A stretch of 61,998 bases of DNA, the filler included, from Pirum gemmata (lineage: Eukaryota): the NCBI GenBank assembly GCA_002812295.1. It is 20 parts of 20 records of this genome, joined end to end, with 100 filler letters (N's around TTAATTAATTAA, not from the genome) between each part and the next. Parts side by side here need not be neighbours in the genome. Positions count along the whole stretch, not along the records: positions 50,243 to 53,098 come from PDIN01004299.1; positions 53,199 to 56,064 come from PDIN01004300.1; positions 56,165 to 59,013 come from PDIN01004301.1; positions 59,114 to 61,998 come from PDIN01004302.1; 16 more parts are not named here. One strand, written 5' to 3'. The position numbers were made by a program, and so were the translations under genes. Below, piece by piece: positions 51,815-61,998 of the stretch (its first letter is position 1; the number at the start of each line of letters is the position of its first letter). Below the pieces are notes generated by a model. It made no database searches, had not been told where the DNA came from, and was given only the letters and a program-made list of their open reading frames with translations.

Positions 51815-53198
51815 TATATATATATTGAAACTCGTTCAAAAAAAGTCTATTATCGAGCTGTAGCCAAAAATTTAATCTATTCATTAAAAAAATGTTTTTT
51901 GTCCAATGTTCAGCTGTTGTTGAACAGTTTCTTGTTGAACTTACTGCTGTGGTGGCGATGGTTACTTGGTGATGATGATGGTGGTGTTGTTTGTGCTTGT
52001 GATTGTGATTGTGAATGTGATTGTGATTCTGATTGTGATTGTGATTGTGCTTGTGCTTGTGCTTGTGCTTGTGCTTGTGCTTGTGCTTGTGCTTGTGCTT
52101 GTGCTTGTGTTTGTTTTACATGTCTTGTTGTTATTTCGTTATTGCTGCTGGTTGCGAAAATAAACCAAAACACTCCAAAACTATAATATTATTATTATAC
52201 ATCAAGACTGGATAAAATAGAAATCGTCAACAATACAGAGTTATTGCTGTTTCATTTTGTTGTTTGTTGTTTGTTGTTTGTTGTTTGCTGTTTGTATATT
52301 ATATAAATTATAAATAATATATTATATCATAAAAGTTTATTTGTATATCCATTACATTGTCATCGCATAAACATAGTATCTGGATTATTATACGTAAAAA
52401 ATCACTAAACTGATTAAATAGATACATTACACAATATTGACTGAATAAAATGCTAAAAATATGAATATTTCAAGGTTATTAGTATAATATTAATTGCATT
52501 TAATATAATCATAATGATGTATAATATTACATAATATTATTAATAATAATAATAATATCACATAGGACACTAGAAAAGAAGTAAATAATAATTATATATT
52601 GCGGAGAAGTAAAGCTAGTTTATTTAGTGCTAATATAATATTATATTGCAAATCAAAACAAGAATATCCAAAAAAAATACAAATTGAAACATGAAATTAG
52701 ACAATAATTATAAATAATTTAATGTGTAAATAACTAAAGAATGTATAAATAAATGAATCATGAAATAAACAAATAGACAACAGCAGTTCTAAAATAAATA
52801 ATTATTATTACCATATGATCAATCAAGATTGAAATAATTAATTAATTAATTAATTATGTAAATATCTAGGTAAATAGACAATTAATGCATATACACCATA
52901 TTATTGATTTATAATAATTGGTCAGCTCTAATTATGATGTATAATTCAATGGAAATAAATTAATATCATAATGGTGGGGACATTTTCAGCAAAATTTTTA
53001 AACTTTTTCCGGGTACGCTGCGTAGGGTGTTGGAGTGTTAGAACAGTTGGCCCAAATAATAAAATAATAAAATAAATAAATAAATAAATAAATAAATANN
53101 NNNNNNNNNNNNNNNNNNNNNNNNNNNNNNNNNNNNNNNNNNTTAATTAATTAANNNNNNNNNNNNNNNNNNNNNNNNNNNNNNNNNNNNNNNNNNNN

Positions 53199-53409
53199 TC
53201 AATAGTCAATAATCAATTATCTATAACCAATTTTCAATAACCACCAATAATAAGCAATAAGCAATAAGCAATAATCAATAGTGAATAATCACTAATCAAT
53301 AATCAATAATCAATAAACAATAAACAATAATCAATAATCAATAATATATATAACCCTAGGCTAGTTTAATATTACCATTATTATTATTAAAATTATTTAA
53401 CGAATTCTC

Positions 53410-53457
<48 letters not shown>

Positions 53458-54030
53458 TAGTAATAATTGCAATTATAATTATAATTAATAACAATAATCT
53501 ATAATAATCAATAATCAATAATCAATAATCAATAATCAATAACGATCAATAATCAATAGTCAATAATCAATTATCTATAACCAATTTTCAATAACCACCA
53601 ATAATAAGCAATAAGCAATAATCAATAATCAATAGTGAATAATCACTATTCAATAATCAATAAACAATAATCAATAATCAATAATCAATAATCAATAATC
53701 AATATTCAATATTCAATAATCAATAATCAATAATCAATAATCAATAATCAATAATCAATAATCAATNNNNNNNNNNNNNNNNNNNNNNNNNNNNNNNNNN
53801 NNNNNNNNNNNNNNNNNNNNNNNNNNAATAATCAATAATCAATAATCAATAATCAATAATCAATAATCAATAATCAATAATCAATAATCAATAATCAATA
53901 ATCAATAATCAATAATCAATAATCAATAATCAATCATAACCGATAATCAATAATAATCAATAATCAATAATCATTAATCATTAACCAATAATCAATAATC
54001 AATAATCCGTAATCCATAATCAATAATAAC
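53199..54030. repeat. (AATAATC)n heptamer satellite
   Basis: Long tandem TCAATAA array spanning an internal gap. Confidence 0.95.
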
Positions 54031-55102
54031 CCTTACACTAACCCTAATACTAACCTTTTTTTTATAATATAATTATTTCTAATATTATTTTAATATATAT
54101 TTATTATTATTGTATAGATATCTTTATATTATCATTATTACTGAAATCATTCTTCTTTAAATTTTTCACATATATATTATTAATAATAATACGAATAATA
54201 GTAGCTACTATAGCTAGCTATCTACTAAGTAGCAAGCTAGATATATCAATCTCTTTGAAAATGCGCATGCGGCAGTTCTACTATTTAACTATATTACTTG
54301 AATATAATAATTATTATAATAATATTATTATGATTTAAAATACTATGATAGCTACTAGCTAGCTAGCTAGAGCTAGCTAGCTACTAGTAGGGACTATATG
54401 ATAGCTAGACTACTCTGCTACTAGCTAGACTACTTTTATGAAAACTCCCACCTGAACCATATATGGTAAAACATATTTCAAGTTTCTTTTTTCGGTTATA
54501 ATGTTTACATAAATAGATATATAATTACATATATATATATATATTGAAAATTGCTAAAGTTGGAAATTCTGTCTTCTTTATTGATATCGTTAATATTGTA
54601 GTTGAAAAAGTGTTGAAAACCATCCAAAAAAATGAAAAATAGATACAATTTTAGTAATTTACATTTTTTTTATATCAAAGGGCACGGTCGACTAGGTCGA
54701 CTCACCAACCAAATATTTTTTTATTCGTATCCTTGTATCATATTGATAAAATAATTATTAAATTATTTTAAAACAGTATTTAATTAATTTAAAAATTTTA
54801 TTTATTAATAAAATATAAAATAGAAATATATAATTAAATTTTTTAATTATTATGATAAGTATTGACCCAGAGATAAATAAGTAAAATTAACCAATACGAA
54901 AAATTATTAAATTAAATAATTAATAAAATAAGAAAAATTAAAGAATAAAAAAAAATGAGTGTAATTTTTGGAAAAGAATAACCCCTTGTTCAGATTATTA
55001 TAAAATTTATATCTTTTCTTTTCTTTTGTGCTTATTTGTCTGTCTCTTTGTTTGTTTGTTTGTTTGTTTGTTAAGTTTTTTTCTTTCCTTTTTGTTCTAA
55101 TC

Positions 55103-55722
55103 ATGAGGGTTCCATTTTTCTTTTCTTTACTGGTATTACTAATTACTTATTGTAATTGTGGTCACACTAATAACTGGGCAGTTCTTGTTGGTAAGTATTC
55201 ATATTCTTCTTACACTCATCCTTACATACCACCAATCTCTAATCTAGACATCTACCCCGCCCTCACCTACCCACCCAGGAACCTTATCTTACCTATACTA
55301 ACCCCAACGCTATTCGCGACACAAATGCTAACCATAAAGCCAACGCGAATGTTAGCCCCACACTAACGCTGACCCTAACGCCAACTCCAACTCTAATACT
55401 CTAACCCAACACCAACTCTCACCCTTAACAAAACCATTTCATTAATCCTAACTATCAGCCTCTTACCCTTAATAAAACCATAACATCAATTCTAACCATA
55501 CTCCTGACCTTATTGCTACATACCTCAAGCACTAGTGCATTTTGTTTGAGTTTTTTGTTTATTTTATAAGTTTACCTCCAGTTAATCTTATCCAAATGAT
55601 TTATAACCACGCTGTTCTAAGGCACTTCGAGATTTTGGTTTAATTATAGGCACATTGCTAATGTTTTATCATTGTACAGAAGTGTTAAAAGGTTGGGTAT
55701 ACCAGATAGTCAAATTATACTG
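55103..55722 (+). CDS. PIGK: GPI-anchor transamidase catalytic subunit GPI8/PIG-K (peptidase C13), exons 1-2 only
   Basis: Exons 55103-55190 and 55622-55722 splice to signal peptide + [43 protein letters not shown], the diagnostic GPI8 N-terminus. Truncated by the contig end. Confidence 0.95.
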
Positions 55723-55823
55723 GTAATTTTCTCTTTTATGATTATTATCACTACTATCCATAGCTCTTACCCTTACCCTTACCCTTACCCTATTCCTATT
55801 CCGTTCACTGTCTGTACATTTAC

Positions 55824-56064
55824 CCCTAAACCCTAAACCCTAAACCCTAACCCCTAACCCCTAACCCCTAACCCCTAACCCCTAACCCCTAACCCCTAAC
55901 CCTAACCCCTAACCCCTAACCCTAACCCTAACTCTTATAGCCCAATAACCAAATTAGGGTTAGGGTTAGGGTTAGGATTGGGGTTAGGGTTAGGGTTAGG
56001 GTTAGGGTTAGGATTGGGGTTAGGGTTAGGGTCAGGGTCAGGGTCAGGGTCAGGGTCAGGGTCA
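55824..56064. repeat. Oppositely oriented telomeric-type arrays in GPI8 intron 2
   Basis: CCCTAAA/CCCCTAA/CCCTAA units at 55824-55932, a short spacer, then TTAGGG/TCAGGG units at 55955-56064. Confidence 0.92.
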
Positions 56065-56333
56065 NNNNNNNNNNNNNNNNNNNNNNNNNNNNNNNNNNNN
56101 NNNNNNNNTTAATTAATTAANNNNNNNNNNNNNNNNNNNNNNNNNNNNNNNNNNNNNNNNNNNNTAATAATAATAATAATTAATTGAATATTAATGTATA
56201 CACTAATAATACTAAATAAATTATGTCCAATAATACTAATATTAATATTAAAATACATAATTGAATGTGATATTAATATACCATTCATAATACAAATTAA
56301 ATTACGTTCAAGCTTAAGGTACATATACATCAA

Positions 56334-56625
56334 AGGATAAGGATAAGGATAAGGATAAGGATAAGGATATAAGGAAAAGGATATAAAAGGATAAGGATAA
56401 GGATAACGGTAAGGATAAGGATTATAAGGATAAGGTTATAAGGATATAAGGATAAGGATAAGGATAAGGATAAAGATAACGATATAAGACACGTAATTGA
56501 ATGTACATAAGGATACTTATAAAGATAAAGGTAAGGATAATGATAATAATAACGATAAGGATAATGATAAGGATTAAGATAAGGATAAGGATGAGTGAGA
56601 TAAGGATAAGGATAAGGATAAGCAT
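56334..56625. repeat. (GGATAA)n hexamer microsatellite
   Basis: Directly visible degenerate tandem array. Confidence 0.9.
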
Positions 56626-58458
56626 AAGTTTATTAAAAAAATATATGACGTTTTTACTAAATACGTACGTCATTTGTAATTTATATGTAGATTTTAATTG
56701 GATCAAAATAAAATAAAAATAAAATAAAAAAAGGGTAAAACAAAAAGCAAAAAATAAAGCAAAACATTGTATGATAAAAAAAAAAATTCTACCAGTATTT
56801 TTTTTTTAAAAAAACCTTTATTATTGTGGCAGTTTTTTTGTGACTGTGCTTTTCAGTGTTGTCATAAAATACAAAATAAATAATACCAAATTAATACAAT
56901 AAAAAACATTTCATTTAATTTGGTATATTTTATTATATGTTTATTTATTTAAAAGTATCAATTTAAGTATTATAAACAACCAAAGGAGAAGCACAATATA
57001 TTTATCTAAATATAGATTCATATCGTTAATGGACTATATATATACTAAAACTTAGAAAACGATTGGTATATCAACAGAAAAAATATATCAAAATAATCAA
57101 ATAAAATTCCGTCTAAAAAACTTCGTTATATTGTTGGTTAACACTTATTTGTCAGCACTACTTTTTTTTTAAAAAAATTTTCAATTAGGCCTAAATTAAA
57201 AAACTTTTGCCTAACTTTTTTTAAAAAAATAGGGTAGAATTTCTGATTTTACAATAATTAAAAAAAAGTTATATCATAAATAATAATTTTTTTAACCTCC
57301 TTCGGAAATAAAAAAATGTTCAAGCTTTTTAATTATTATTTATGTTCGAAATGCAAAATGAATAATAGAGTTATGGGTAGATAACATGTTTTGGGCTAGC
57401 TAGTGTTTTGGGGGAAACTGAAAATATTTATGAGATAAATTTTTTGTTTTTTTTTTGCTATGATAGTCTAAAAGCCAATCCGGATAAAAATTGCCACATA
57501 TGGCTATATGAGGATTATGAGCACCGAAAATCTCAAAATACTCCAGTTTTTTAATAAAAGTACTACCAAATATTAATAAAATATTTAACTAAAAAACTCT
57601 ATTATGAACCAATTGCTAAGTTTTAAAAATAATTTGGCTATTTGTTATTTTTTAAAGTTTTTAGAAAAGAAGTCCTAAAAAAAAAAGATCTGATTTCTAC
57701 AATTTTATCCAACTTGCCTGTTAAAAAAAAAAAAATAATAGTAAAATAATAATAGTAATAAATAAATAAATAATGTAGTTTCTTCAGTTCCATTTGTCAA
57801 AATTGATTAATATCCAAATATACTTAGAAATATAGTCAATGTTTTTAGATCTCCTCCAACCAGTGGAATCAGTTTCATGATGATGCGCGATCTAACCATC
57901 AGCAATGATTCAGCATACATTGGATTCATCCTGCGCAAAATAAAAATTTGGCAAAATTGCCTCCAAAAAGTCTCCAAAATTTAAGAGTCCAAAAAGTCTC
58001 CAAAATACCATAATAATATTTTTATAATATAATAATTAATTATTAAAAAAAATAGTCCGTCACATTTTCCATCACCCCTAACTAACCCTAACCCACAACC
58101 ACCCAACCACCCCCAACCCAATAAAGTTACTACATTATTTATTAAAAAAAAATACGATATTAATAATCACCAATTATTACTATTACTACCACCACCAATA
58201 TTACTACTACTGCTATTAATACTACTACTACTAACTACTACTACTACTGCTACTACTAATACTATCGCCACCGCCACCATCGCCACCGCCACTACCACTA
58301 CCACTACCACTACTACTGTTATTATTACTACTATTACTACTATTACTATTACTAATAGTACTGCAGCTACCACTACTACCACTACCACTACTATTACTAT
58401 TACTATTACTATTACTATTACTATTACTATTACTATTACTAGTACTAGTACTAGCCAG

Positions 58459-58503
<45 letters not shown>

Positions 58504-58727
58504 ACACTGCTATAGCCGCTACCATTACTACTACTACTGTTCGTACCACCACCACCACCACCACCACCACAACAACAACGACTACCACTACTACTACTAG
58601 TACTGCATGGTATTCTGTAACATTTTTATAAACGATATATCGATATATAATCGTTTTGTCCAGGATTAGGAACGACTATTTTTTTAATAAAAAATTTTTT
58701 AATTAAATTTTTCTTTTTTTAATTAAC

Positions 58728-58973
58728 TACCAAGCTGGATAAAAATGCCAGCATTCGCCATATGAGCTCAAAATTCCAAAAAATCTGAAAATGATCCAAT
58801 TTTTTAATAAAAGTACTACCAAATATTTTGAGAACTTGTCTATCGGAGAAAACTCTATTATGAACCAAAAACTATATTTTTCAAATATAATTTGGCTAGT
58901 TAAAGTTTTAAAAAGGTTTTTAGAAAAGAAGTCTAAAAAAAAATGATTTCTACAGTTTTATCCGGCTTGGCTA
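58728..58973. mobile_element. ~245-bp MITE family with (TA)GCCAAGCCGGATAAAA TIRs
   Basis: CCAAGCTGGATAAAA...TTTTATCCGGCTTGG ends. Related copies at ~46753-46970 (reverse), 57473-57719 and 60723-60885 share AAAGTACTACCAAA, AACTCTATTATGAA and AATTTGGCTA. Confidence 0.8.
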
Positions 58974-59667
58974 TAATAAATAGTCTAGTCTAGAGAAAAA
59001 AAAAAAAAACAAANNNNNNNNNNNNNNNNNNNNNNNNNNNNNNNNNNNNNNNNNNNNTTAATTAATTAANNNNNNNNNNNNNNNNNNNNNNNNNNNNNNN
59101 NNNNNNNNNNNNNGTAATAGCAAAAGCAATAGTAATAACAATAGCAATAGCAATAGCAATAGTAATAGTAATAGTAATAGTAATAGTAATAGTAATAGTA
59201 ATAGTATTACCAGGTAGTGTTGTTACTGTTAATACAATTAGTAATGGTAGCATCATAATATATTTATAATAACAAAACCCTGAACAAGGATCAGTTGAGC
59301 TTACCTGGTGATAATTAGCTCCTTGGCCTAATCAGATATCACAATAATCATAATTCGTTTCTATGATATCTGTGTTTCTGTCGGGTTTTCTATGATATAT
59401 TACAAAAAGTTAACAAACTTCGACCGTTAGTATTATATATATATATCTGGTACTGTTTAAGTGTATAATTGAATTTGAGTATAATTAAATAAAAAATGTC
59501 TGATAGTTTAACTATAATAATAATTTGGTACGTTTACCAAGTAGTCTATACATCTATCTTCATCATTATTTAAATTTATTTATATAAATAAATGACAATA
59601 ATGAAATCGATAGAGTCTACTAGCTATTGTAGCTAACTAGCAAGCTCGGCTGTATTGTACAACCCTA

Positions 59668-60560
59668 ATGACTCTTGTTGGTCAACTTCCTAACTACAAC
59701 AGCTTCTACAACACACTCAGTCATTACCATCAAAATTTCACATTACACAACATTACCAACGACAAAAACAACAATAACTTAATACCAAAATGGATAATCC
59801 ACACAATCAACAACACCCTACAAAACATGACCCCAATACAAAACAACATAGAACAAATCCTAAAAACTAGCATGCAACTATCAAAACGTCAACAGCAACT
59901 AAACTACGAATTCTTCGATAAAGAAACAAAAAATCTTCATTCACCCAACAATACAACAATAATACAATGAAATATCAAAAAAAGAAAAAACAAAAACTAT
60001 AATAGAAATATGCTCCCAAATCCAAACCACTAGTAACACCTCCAAATAGTTGGAACCTACAATTGATTATGACAAACCATAGAGGAAAACCTCAAAGCCA
60101 AAACTTTTAATGATAACAACCTCAATAACCTTTAGAATATAAAACAAAATGAATGGGAGAAGATAAACAATATACGTCGAAGAAACAACTACTGCTCCAA
60201 AGAATTTCGACCAGAAGTCAAACTACTTTTTTTTGAATACACGAAAACTCTGCAGGAAAACTAGGAAAACTCGCAAAACTAGAGTAGAATGCAGCTGCTA
60301 GAATGGTTATCATACATCAAAAAAATAGTAATAAGTATATATAAATCCCACTGTAGACGACAACTCCAACAACATCCATACCAACGACTATAACGCTATA
60401 ATATTACAAGGCCTCCTATTAGGAATAAAAGTTAAAAACCAATATTTCTACAACAAAAGAACAACCCAATTACTAATCATAGATTTTATATTATGGTACT
60501 ACAAGTTAAAAAACCGAACGACTGCCAAATTGTTAGCTAATACCAAAGTATTATGAAATA
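59668..60560 (+). pseudogene. Degraded retroelement-like coding relic; homologous segment at ~12560-12920
   Basis: A/C-rich broken ORFs. Shares TCCAAAGAATTTC..CAGAAGT, TAGACGACAACTCCAACAA, CTACAACAAAAGAACAA and TACCAAAGTATTATGAAA with the other contig. Chromodomain-like NHRGKP..LEYKTK*MG near 60076-60158. Confidence 0.45.
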
Positions 60561-61998
60561 AAACAACAGAATAGAACTACCTATATTTATCATATCATAG
60601 ACTATATAGTATTTAAAAATTAAAAACTATATTATAGTTAATTAACTATGGGTTCATAACTTCATATATAACTGTATCATAGCCTTTTTATAAGGAAAAC
60701 AGACCTTTATTTTTTTTTTAACAGCCAATAAAAATTGTAACATCCAGCTCAATAATCAAAAAATCTCGAAAATATCCAATTTCAATGAAAGTACTGCCAA
60801 ATGTTAAAAGAATAGTCTAACTAAAAAAACTCTATTATGAAACAATAGAACCACAATAGCCAGTTTTTAAAAATAATTTGGCTAGTTATCATTAAAAGTC
60901 TATCATAATAAAAAAAAATGATATGTATCAGTAGACCTATGTATCATAATAATTATCTGTTAGCTATAGCTAGCACTATCATATCAATATAGTATTGAGT
61001 AGTATCGATAGTAAGTACCACTCTAGCTACTAGCTAGCTAGTATCGATAATATTATGATAAATTTTCTCTCTATAGAGCGGGGGGTCTAACAGGTCTAAC
61101 AGGTCTAACTATGATATCGATATCTGATACTAGCTAGCTAGCTAGCTACTAGTAGAGAGCTCTGTAGCTGTTACTAGCTAGCTAGCTAGCTAGTATCAAT
61201 AGTAGGTATGTCATAGCTTACTAAGCTAGCTACTAGTAGCTAGCTAGCCAGTAGGAGAATAGGAAGAATAGACTCAGACTAGTGACTACTAGTAGCTAGC
61301 TACTAGCTACTGGCTAGTAGTCTAGGAGCTACTACTGGGAGCTACTGGCTACAATCTACTACCTACTAGCTAGCTAGCTAGCTAGTAGTACTAAGTCTAG
61401 CTCTAGCTAGTAGTACCATTGTAAGCTATCGGCTATCATAGCTACTAGCTAGCTAGCTAGCCTGATACCCTACTAGCTAGACCTACTAGCTAGCTAGTAG
61501 TAGACTAGCTAGAGGACCCATTAGCTACTAGCTAGCTAGCTAGAGGTAGCTAGAATGTTTAGTGATAAAATATTATTTTATATAAAAATAGACACAAAAA
61601 TATTTTTTTATCGAAATCATAGACTAATAAATAATAATGAATTATTAATTAGTAATTTAGTGCTAGCTACTAGCTAGCTAGCTAGTCTCTATCGGTCAGA
61701 CGGGCTCAATTGAGACCATTTTTCACTATTTATGGTCTAACTTTCTAAGTAATAAACCAAATTTCTTCAAAATAGGATCAAATTAAAGTTCGTAGCTAGT
61801 ACTTTTTTCGGTACTTTTTTCGAGTGGGTTTTGTTTTTATAGTGATTTCATCAGGTCAACAAAATTTTCATTTTTTCCATTTTTTTTTTTTTTTTTTTTT
61901 TTTTTTAGCCCCTTATCTGAGACTCTAAAAAAGACTTTTTAAGACAATAGATCTACTTTCTAAGATGCAGGTAAGGGGGTTTTTTTTCCTTCAGATTT

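Noticed and set aside
51569..52186. 205-aa plus-strand ORF and the antisense poly-QA ORF
   Set aside because: Built from a transposon TIR and a (TGTGCT)n repeat. The minus-strand QA stretch could be an exon, but I could not build a consistent spliced model.
57780..57935. Short higher-GC island that might be an exon or copia RNase H scrap
   Set aside because: Too short; the frame with RSKNID has two stops and the open frame has no recognisable motif.

Overview
AT-rich, intron-containing eukaryotic DNA with TTAGGG-type telomeric repeats and GT-AG introns; the taxon cannot be fixed from the sequence. The window is not contiguous. It is 20 unrelated short contigs (mostly ~2.9 kb) joined by 19 artificial 100-nt spacers (N44-TTAATTAATTAA-N44), so neighbourhood across spacers carries no biological meaning. 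Supported host genes are: a 4-exon GBP/atlastin-like GTPase with an apparent signal peptide; an EsV-1-7 Cys-repeat protein; a probably GPI-anchored protein with a duplicated 8-Cys domain; a secreted PI-PLC-like phosphodiesterase with a counted Cys 'ladder' and Trp-rich tip; a Cys-rich type I membrane protein (5' part missing); the first two exons of GPI8/PIGK; one exon of a PLP-dependent decarboxylase; and a COG6-like fragment. Mobile DNA includes a 905-aa open Ty1/copia pol, copia and LINE relics, LTR-like pieces and several MITE families. One contig (43156-46023) looks like a decaying endogenous giant-virus (iridovirus/marseillevirus-like) segment. Family assignments rest on motif recognition from memory; no database search was run.
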